In this document: one piece after another, positions 19,043 through 25,151 of the stretch
Position numbering within the stretch: the first letter of the stretch is position 1
How the letters are laid out: each line of letters begins with the position of its first letter
Program-made: the position numbers and the translations under genes
The notes under the pieces: model-generated
What the model was told of the DNA's origin: nothing
Databases searched by the model: none
What the model saw: the letters and a program-made list of their open reading frames with translations, nothing else
Origin: Candidatus Sumerlaeota bacterium
GTDB lineage: Bacteria; Sumerlaeota; Sumerlaeia; SLMS01
Reading direction: 5' to 3'
Length of the DNA stretch: 25,151 nt
Assembly (NCBI GenBank): GCA_007133495.1
Contig: SLMS01000119.1
Location: 1-25,151, forward strand

Positions 19043-19548
19043 AGTTCCTCGTACGCCTGCTGGACGATCTGATCGCGCTCTTCCCCCGCCGCGCGTGGTG
19101 GTTTTTCGCCCTTGTCTGCGTCGGGCTGATTTTCTTCTCCGGCTCGCGCTCCTCGGGCGACCTGCCCGACTTCAGCTACCTCCCGCCCCATTCGGACAAG
19201 TTCCTCCACTTCGTCGCCTACTCCGGCCTTGCCGTGTGTGTGTTCCGGGCGGTGTTCCCGCTTGTCGCCACGCGCCCCTCGCCCTGGGGCAAGTGGGCAT
19301 GGATGCCCGTCGTGCTGATCCCATCGTTTATGGGCGCAATCGACGAGGGGATCATCCAGGGCATGGCCTACGGCCGCGGACAGGACGTGTGGGACTGGGT
19401 GGCGGACACGCTGGCCGGGGTGACGGTCTTTACCGCCGGTGTGGTCTGGCGCGAGAGGGTCCGCCGGCGGGACGAGGCGCTACGGGCCGCGCTCAGGCCG
19501 AAGGGCGCGCGTCGAGCAGCCCGAACTCCAGCCGGCGCTGGCCGTTGA
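19039..19548 (+). CDS. VanZ-family membrane protein.
   Basis: DKFLHFVAYSGLA, IDEGIIQGM and GQDVWDWVADTLAG match VanZ-like family motifs. The start overlaps the hldC stop (ATGA). The 3' end overlaps convergent recJ by about 56 bp. Confidence 0.75.
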   Translation: MKFLVRLLDDLIALFPRRAWWFFALVCVGLIFFSGSRSSGDLPDFSYLPPHSDKFLHFVAYSGLAVCVFRAVFPLVATRPSPWGKWAWMPVVLIPSFMGAIDEGIIQGMAYGRGQDVWDWVADTLAGVTVFTAGVVWRERVRRRDEALRAALRPKGARRAARTPAGAGR

Positions 19549-21316
19549 ACTCGTTCACCGTGAGGTGAACCATCAGGTCGGCGGGCGCGCTCGACTCGAA
19601 CAATTCCTTCAAGTGACCGCGGGAGAAGCCGATCGCGTCCCAGGTGCCGCCGTTCGCGCCCACGCGCAGCCGCAGGTGATTCTTCCCGACAATGCGGGGA
19701 CGGTAAACGGCCTGCACGCCGCGCACTAGGAACTGCGGCGCGGGGTTGCCCTCGCCGAAGGGCTGCATGCGTTCGAGGTCGCGCTGCAGGTCCCATCCGA
19801 TTTCGCCCGGCTGCAGCTCCGTGTCGGCGACAACGACGCGGCTGCGGTCAAGGCCGGTGAAGACGTTTTCCGCGTACTCGTTGATGGCGCTGCGGAAGTC
19901 CGGCAGGGCATCGGCCCGCAGGCGCAGCCCGGCCGCGTTGGCATGCCCACCGTAGGTCTCGAGGTGCTCTTCGCAGGCGGTCAGCGCCTCGTGGATGTCG
20001 AAGCCGGGGACCGAACGGGCGCTCCCCTTGGCAAGGCCTTCCTCGTCGATGCCGAGGACGATGGCCGGCACGTCGTAGCGTTCGGTCAGCCGCGCCGCCA
20101 CGATGCCCACCACGCCGAGGTGCCAGCCCTGGCCGCCGACGACGAGGGTGTGGCCGGGTGAGTCCGCCAGTGTCCGGTCCGCTTCGCTGAGCGAAGCGGT
20201 CAGGATGTCCTCCTCGATCTTGCGCCGCTCGCGGTTGAGGCGTTCAAGGTCGGCCGCGAGCGAGGCCGCTTCTCCCTGGTCGCGGGTCAGGAGCAACCGC
20301 AGTGCGGGCATGGCGTCTCCGCAGCGCCCGGCGGCGTTGAGCCGCGGCCCGATCACGAAGCCGACGGTGTCCGGGCCGACGGTGCGGTTGCGGTGTCCGG
20401 CGTTACGCAGTAGCGCGAGCAGCCCGGGGCGCTTCGTTTCCTGGAGCGCCGCGAGCCCGTGCCGCGCCAGCACCCGGTTTTCGCCGAGCAGCGGCACCAT
20501 GTCCGCCACCGTCCCCAAAGCGACAAGGTCCAGCAGCCCGAGCAGGAATGCCTTCGCGCGGCTCTCCGGCTGGTCCGCCGCCTTCAGCAGCGCATGGGCG
20601 AATTTGAAGGCCACCCCGGCGCCGCACAGCCGGCCGTGCTCGTAGGCCGCGTCATCCCGGTTCGGGTTCACGATCGCCACGGCGGGAGGGAGCCCCTGCT
20701 CCGCCGAGAGGTGGTGGTCCGTGACGACGACGTCCACGCCGAGTTGCGCCGCACGGCTGATCGGTTCCAGCGCCGAGATGCCGTTGTCCACCGTCACGAT
20801 CAGCGTGACGCCGCTGGCCGCGACCTCCTCCACCCGAGCGGTGTTCATCCCGTAGCCTTCGCGGAACCGGTGCGGGATGACGATGGCGGGCTCGGCGCCA
20901 AGCCAGCGGAAGGTTTCCACCAAAATTGCGGTCGAGGAGACGCCGTCCACGTCGTAATCGCCGTAGATGCAGACCTTTTCGCCGCTGCGGAGGGCGCGCA
21001 GGACGCGGTCCACGGCGGGTTCCATGTCGGCCAGCTCGAAGGGGCTGCGCAAGTGCCGCAGCATGGGTGAGAGGTAGGTCGGGAGGCCGCCATTGCCGGC
21101 GAAGGCGGCCCGGCCGGCAAGTACCCGCGCGGCAGCAGGATGGAGCGAGAATTCCCGCGCAAGGCGGTCCCCGGCAGCGGCATCGGTGGGACGGATTTCC
21201 CAGCGGACGGCAGCCGGGCGGGCGGATGAACGGTCAGCAGTTCTCAACGGGAGCACCCAGTCGGCAGCAATATCGTATTCCGCCAATACCCTGAAACGAG
21301 AGCCGCACCGGGTCAA
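19493..21316 (-). CDS. recJ: Single-stranded-DNA-specific exonuclease RecJ. The ORF start is TTG; the true start may be the downstream GTG near 21208.
   Basis: DHH motifs (VCIYGDYDVDGVSS, VTVDNGISA, VVTDHH) and DHHA1 (GGHANAAG). Confidence 0.9.
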   Translation of the reverse strand: MTRCGSRFRVLAEYDIAADWVLPLRTADRSSARPAAVRWEIRPTDAAAGDRLAREFSLHPAAARVLAGRAAFAGNGGLPTYLSPMLRHLRSPFELADMEPAVDRVLRALRSGEKVCIYGDYDVDGVSSTAILVETFRWLGAEPAIVIPHRFREGYGMNTARVEEVAASGVTLIVTVDNGISALEPISRAAQLGVDVVVTDHHLSAEQGLPPAVAIVNPNRDDAAYEHGRLCGAGVAFKFAHALLKAADQPESRAKAFLLGLLDLVALGTVADMVPLLGENRVLARHGLAALQETKRPGLLALLRNAGHRNRTVGPDTVGFVIGPRLNAAGRCGDAMPALRLLLTRDQGEAASLAADLERLNRERRKIEEDILTASLSEADRTLADSPGHTLVVGGQGWHLGVVGIVAARLTERYDVPAIVLGIDEEGLAKGSARSVPGFDIHEALTACEEHLETYGGHANAAGLRLRADALPDFRSAINEYAENVFTGLDRSRVVVADTELQPGEIGWDLQRDLERMQPFGEGNPAPQFLVRGVQAVYRPRIVGKNHLRLRVGANGGTWDAIGFSRGHLKELFESSAPADLMVHLTVNEFNGQRRLEFGLLDARPSA

Positions 21317-21358
21317 TCCCGGTGCGGCCGGCAGAACTGGGCAGCGAGGGGGTGCGGG

Positions 21359-22282
21359 TCAGTCTTCGGGTTCCGGCTCTTCCTCGGTCTCTGCCTCTTC
21401 GACGGTGCCCCATTCGTCGTAAACGAGCAGCGCGATCTTCCGGATCGCGTCCACCGCCACGGAGCGTTCCTCGATTCCCTTGGTGAGCACGGCGAGCGCA
21501 ATCGGCCCGGACGGGGCGTAGATGATCCCCGAATCGTGACAGACCGCGGCAAGGCTCCCCGTCTTGTGCGCCACGCGCGTCCCTTCCGGCAGCAACACCG
21601 GCATGCGGCTCTGGAGTTCCTGCGCAAGGAGCACGTCCAGCACCGCCTGCCCGCCTTCGGGGGTGCCGGTGGCGGTGCCGAGTTCAATCGCCACGTATAG
21701 CTGGGCCGTCTCCGGCGCCGTGAGCCAGTTGTCTATACCGCGCTCGCGCGCCTCGAAGTCCATCATGTAACGGCCGAAGCGGCTCGTTTCGATGCCGATG
21801 TCGCGGAGCTGGCCGTTGATCGCGTCTATCCCGCCCATCCGCCGCATGAGCATGTTGGTTGCCGTGTTGTCGCTGATGACGATCATCAGGTGGGCGAGTT
21901 CCTTGAGTGTATATTCCTCGCCCGCCTCCTCGTTCTGAAGCCGGCCACTGCCGCCGACCTTGTCCTCGTCGGTCAGCACCAGCGTCTCGTCGAGCGACAG
22001 TTCCCCGCGCTCCTCCATGCGTTGAAGCAAAACAAGCAGGTGGGTTTTGATAACACTCGCGGCAGGGAAAACGACGTCCGACCCGTGGTCAAAGGAGTCA
22101 CCGCGGGTTATGTGACGGACGGAGACGCCGAAAGTGCCGCCGGTTTCCTCTTCAAGGGCGCGGATGCCCTCGGCGAGGGCGCTGTCCCCGGGTGTGGAGC
22201 CGGACGCCGGGCTGAAACCGGCTGCCGCAAACAACATGGCACCAACAAACAAGGAAAACGGAGAATGGTGGTGACTAAACAT
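21359..22282 (-). CDS. Secreted class-A beta-lactamase-fold serine hydrolase (beta-lactamase or PBP-like).
   Basis: Signal peptide. S-x-x-K (SVIK), S-D-N (ISDNTA), an omega-loop-like RERGIDN, and K-T-G (HKTGS). Acidic C-terminal tail. Confidence 0.8.
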   Translation of the reverse strand: MFSHHHSPFSLFVGAMLFAAAGFSPASGSTPGDSALAEGIRALEEETGGTFGVSVRHITRGDSFDHGSDVVFPAASVIKTHLLVLLQRMEERGELSLDETLVLTDEDKVGGSGRLQNEEAGEEYTLKELAHLMIVISDNTATNMLMRRMGGIDAINGQLRDIGIETSRFGRYMMDFEARERGIDNWLTAPETAQLYVAIELGTATGTPEGGQAVLDVLLAQELQSRMPVLLPEGTRVAHKTGSLAAVCHDSGIIYAPSGPIALAVLTKGIEERSVAVDAIRKIALLVYDEWGTVEEAETEEEPEPED

Positions 22283-22312
22283 TGCGGAATTCCTCCAAGG
22301 GGGAAAGGGACT

Positions 22313-22437
22313 GAAGGGACGAAAGGGATGACGTTCAGGGATTTTCTTCTGGACCAGGACACACGGCCGGACGTGCGGAGAATCCGTTTATCGCGGCTTC
22401 GTGTCCTGCACGTCCTTTCAGTCCCTTTCGTCCCTTC
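22313..22437 (-). promoter_or_regulatory. Highly structured intergenic element. A perfect 16-bp inverted repeat (GAAGGGACGAAAGGGA / TCCCTTTCGTCCCTTC) encloses nested 8-9-bp inverted repeats (GGACGTGC/GCACGTCC, CAGGACACACG/CGTGTCCTG).
   Basis: Read directly from the sequence. It occupies most of the 162-bp gap between the GHL10-M15 fusion gene and the beta-lactamase-like gene. Confidence 0.4.
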
Positions 22438-22444
22438 CATGGGA

Positions 22445-24778
22445 TCAGTCTTCCTCTGGCGGTTCGGGCGCGCCTTCCGGGAAGTCCTCCCAGAAAACCT
22501 CCCGGAAGCCCGGCGGGTTGTACTCCCAGTGCCACGGTTCGTGCGTGAATGGATACCAGCCGAATTCGTCACCCCGGAGGAACAGCCACTTGTGCTCGGG
22601 CGACTGGCGCATGCGGACCACGTCCGCCATCGGCCGCGTGCTGATGCGGAAGCGGTTGTCCTGGTCGGGCCGGCTTAACTGAAAGTCGATCGCCAGTCCG
22701 AGCGAGTGCGACGAAAAACTCGCCACTGCGTAGGGGTTCCCCGCCCGGGCGGCACCTTCTTCAGCGCGGCGGGGCGTGCGATGCGCCGAGCGGATAACCA
22801 GGTCCACCCCGTCCTCGCGCGCCGCTTCACGCATTTCGACATACGGATCAACGGCGTGTTTGTTGAGTTGATAGTTTTCTTCGCCGGGAACGGTGGTCCA
22901 CTGGTCGAGAATATATTCCCAGACTTCCTCGGTGGCCTCGCTGCGGCGGACGGCCGGGTCGTGGCCGCTGTTCGCCCGCCGCTCGCGGAATATATCTGCG
23001 CGGAGTGCCTCCACCATTTCGCGGGCAAGGTCCTGATTCGGGCCGCCGTTGCCTGGATAGTCATTCCTTTGCCAGTCGAAATTGCGATACTTTGCGCGGA
23101 GTTCGGGCCCGAGCACGTCCAGCGCCGAAGTCCGCGGATCGTGGATGAATTGCAGCTCCACTGCACGCACCAATTCATATATATTATCGTCCGAAGCATC
23201 CGCGAGCGCCTCGCGGTACGCAGGTTCGGCCCGCCACGTCCGGTTGCCCTTCAGGACAGATTCGACGTACTCGGGCAGTAGCCGCGTCGCGTCCGTGCCG
23301 GCAAGCTCCACTGCCTTGTCTATCACGTCCATGGCGGCCGCCTCCGTGGAGGGAATAACGACGTTCAGTTCGTGGACGTCTCCCGCCCCGACGGTGAACG
23401 TGCGGGTCGTTTCCCCAAGCCCGTTCTTCCGCACCGTGATCGTGTGCGTGCCGGGTTCAAGATTGAGGATCGAATAGAACCCGTCCCCACCGGAGAGATA
23501 AGTATAAGAATCGCCACGGTTCCATATCCATGCATCGACGATGGGTTCGCCTTCCTCGTCGGTGACGGTGCCCGCGACGATGGCCGTTTGCGGGTCTTCT
23601 TTCCAGGGCATGGAGGGCGTTTGCGCGGGAAGGCTTTGCGGTGCGGCGCGGTAGGCCTCAAATTCGCCCCTGCCGTAGGACCAGATGACGTACCCGGGCG
23701 CTCCCTGCCGGCGGGATTCGTATATCTGGGCGATGGGGTCGCGCCCGGCGTGGATTCCGGGATAGATATGGCGTCCGCCGTCGTTGTCCAGGAAATCCGC
23801 CAGCAGCACCTCGAACGGATGCGCCGAGCCGATCCGCCAGTAGATCATCGGGAAAATGGCGTCCAGCACGCCGCTTTGCATCCAGCCAAAGGAGTCCTGA
23901 TACCAGTCGTAATGGCTCTGTGTGCCGGTGCCCTGGTAGCCGCCTTCGACGCGTTTCGCGATGCCGAAGGGTGCGGCGCTGATCTTGATGTCCGGATTGC
24001 GCAGGGCGATGTCTCCGTATATACGGCGCAGGTCGCGCGTGATGTTCTCGCGCATGAAGTCGCCCCACTCGCCCCCGTGCGGGTTGCCGTCGCCTTCGAA
24101 CCGCGCCACGGTGGCCGGGTCGTAGGAATAGCCTCGGCCGGGAGTGCGGATGCGGTCGAAGTGCACCCCGTCTATATCGTAGTTGTCCACGATGTGCATG
24201 AGGACCTTGCGGGTCCAGGCGGACGCGTCGGGGTGGCCGGGGCTGAGCCAGACGTAGCTGCCGCCGGGCTGCTGGGGGTTTCCGTCCTGGTCATGGATGA
24301 CCCAGGAGTCCTCCGCGTCCGGCCCGTGCAGGTTGAAGCGGTGCTGGGGCTCGGTCTCCTCGGGGGGGACGGCGGCCGTCAGCGTGTGCGTGTTGAAATA
24401 GACGTGGAACTCGATGCCGTTGGCGCGCGCCTCGTCAATGGCGTGCTGAAGGGGGTCCCAGCCCGGATCGGTCCAGTCGAACTGCGGCCCCCATGGTTCG
24501 TACGGGCTCGGGTAGAGCACGTTGCATTCGCCGCGAACCTGGAAGAGAACGGTGTTGAAATTCGACTCGGCCAGGTTGCGCATCATGCCGGAGATGCGCT
24601 CCTGCATTTCCTCGTTGCTGCCACCGGTCCAGTTGAACCGGCTGATCCAGACGGCGCGCAGCTCGTCCGGAGCCATTTCCTCCTCGTCCTGCTGGGCGGG
24701 CGCTGGCCCGTGCCCGGCGCCGAGAAGCGCGGCTCCGGCCCCCAAGGCGGCCGGGAGCAGAAATCGGCGGTGGATCAT
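22445..24778 (-). CDS. Secreted three-domain fusion: N-terminal GHL10 (glycoside-hydrolase-like family 10/YngK, PF02638-like) domain, a carboxypeptidase-regulatory-like beta-sandwich, and a C-terminal VanY/peptidase-M15 zinc D,D- or L,D-peptidase domain.
   Basis: Start trimmed to the ATG at 24776-24778, which precedes a signal peptide (MIHRRFLLPAALGAGAALLGA). LRAVWISRFNW is typical of GHL10. GTVTDEEGEPIVDAWIWN...HTITVRKNGL is CarboxypepD_reg-like. SSHSLGLAIDF (SxHxxGxAxD) and HEPWHWEY (the conserved Trp/His motif of M15 LAS peptidases) are present. Confidence 0.8.
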   Translation of the reverse strand: MIHRRFLLPAALGAGAALLGAGHGPAPAQQDEEEMAPDELRAVWISRFNWTGGSNEEMQERISGMMRNLAESNFNTVLFQVRGECNVLYPSPYEPWGPQFDWTDPGWDPLQHAIDEARANGIEFHVYFNTHTLTAAVPPEETEPQHRFNLHGPDAEDSWVIHDQDGNPQQPGGSYVWLSPGHPDASAWTRKVLMHIVDNYDIDGVHFDRIRTPGRGYSYDPATVARFEGDGNPHGGEWGDFMRENITRDLRRIYGDIALRNPDIKISAAPFGIAKRVEGGYQGTGTQSHYDWYQDSFGWMQSGVLDAIFPMIYWRIGSAHPFEVLLADFLDNDGGRHIYPGIHAGRDPIAQIYESRRQGAPGYVIWSYGRGEFEAYRAAPQSLPAQTPSMPWKEDPQTAIVAGTVTDEEGEPIVDAWIWNRGDSYTYLSGGDGFYSILNLEPGTHTITVRKNGLGETTRTFTVGAGDVHELNVVIPSTEAAAMDVIDKAVELAGTDATRLLPEYVESVLKGNRTWRAEPAYREALADASDDNIYELVRAVELQFIHDPRTSALDVLGPELRAKYRNFDWQRNDYPGNGGPNQDLAREMVEALRADIFRERRANSGHDPAVRRSEATEEVWEYILDQWTTVPGEENYQLNKHAVDPYVEMREAAREDGVDLVIRSAHRTPRRAEEGAARAGNPYAVASFSSHSLGLAIDFQLSRPDQDNRFRISTRPMADVVRMRQSPEHKWLFLRGDEFGWYPFTHEPWHWEYNPPGFREVFWEDFPEGAPEPPEED

Positions 24779-24950
24779 CTTTCGATACCCCTCTCGTGAA
24801 TCTCGGACTGATGTCCGGAAGGGTTCGAAGTTGGACCGCTCCCGGACCGAAGGCAAGAGAAGGAATGCCTCCAGCGGGAGTTCCGGAGCCGGGGGAAGAT
24901 GCGCCGCCCCCCCGGCCAGACCGTACAGGACTGTCATCGCTTGGTTTACA

Positions 24951-25027
<77 letters not shown>

Positions 25028-25151
25028 GCGCGCCAGCCACACCCTGTCGCCGGGCGGCCCGGATGCAAGCCGGAAACACCGCCCGCCCCGCGGGATCGTT
25101 GCGCGCGCGTTTGGTCTTGCGTTCAACGGGCCATTTCTTGACAAATTGGTC

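Noticed and set aside
23372-24799. 475-aa plus-strand ORF antisense to the GHL10-M15 gene.
   Set aside because: It is antisense to a motif-rich real gene. Its own composition is Gly/Arg/Val/Ala-rich with no domain signatures.
25137-25142. TTGACA hexamer on the plus strand at the window edge.
   Set aside because: It is on the wrong strand for the tRNA-Arg gene. No -10 box or downstream gene is visible within the window, so it cannot be evaluated.

Overview
This is a high-GC (roughly 65-70% by eye) bacterial chromosomal segment that is densely coding on both strands. I support 20 protein-coding genes and one tRNA; there is no CRISPR array, no rRNA and no recognisable transposase or integrase.

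Gene content, left to right:
(i) A heme biosynthesis cluster: a 5'-truncated hemL on the plus strand, convergent with a tightly packed minus-strand operon hemE-hemN-hemY(pgoX)-hemH. The hemY stop and hemH start share an ATGA overlap. The chelatase is a divergent ferrochelatase-like protein fused to a roughly 170-aa C-terminal domain with about four transmembrane helices.
(ii) A hypothetical signal-peptide/4-TM protein.
(iii) An orphan LacI-family regulator convergent with a minus-strand pair made of an SPFH (band-7) protein and an MsbA-like ABC exporter.
(iv) An orphan MlaE-type permease, divergent from a prepilin-type N-terminal-methylation pseudopilin.
(v) A translationally coupled plus-strand operon: accB, accC, Asp23-family, AmaP-like membrane-anchored Asp23 paralogue, stand-alone HldC/RfaE-domain-II heptose-1-phosphate adenylyltransferase, VanZ.
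(vi) recJ.
(vii) A secreted class-A beta-lactamase-fold protein, adjacent to a large secreted three-domain fusion: GHL10 (PF02638-like), carboxypeptidase-regulatory-like beta-sandwich, and VanY/M15 zinc peptidase.
(viii) tRNA-Arg(CCU).

I could not recognise a canonical defence or mobile system. The candidate novel biology is:
- the membrane-anchored divergent ferrochelatase;
- the ACCase-Asp23-AmaP-HldC-VanZ envelope module;
- the cell-wall-remodelling pair of a beta-lactamase-like protein and the GHL10-M15 fusion, which are separated by a strongly structured 162-bp spacer.

Several short direct and inverted repeat arrays sit in promoter regions. Many long ORFs antisense to real genes are high-GC artefacts and were rejected.
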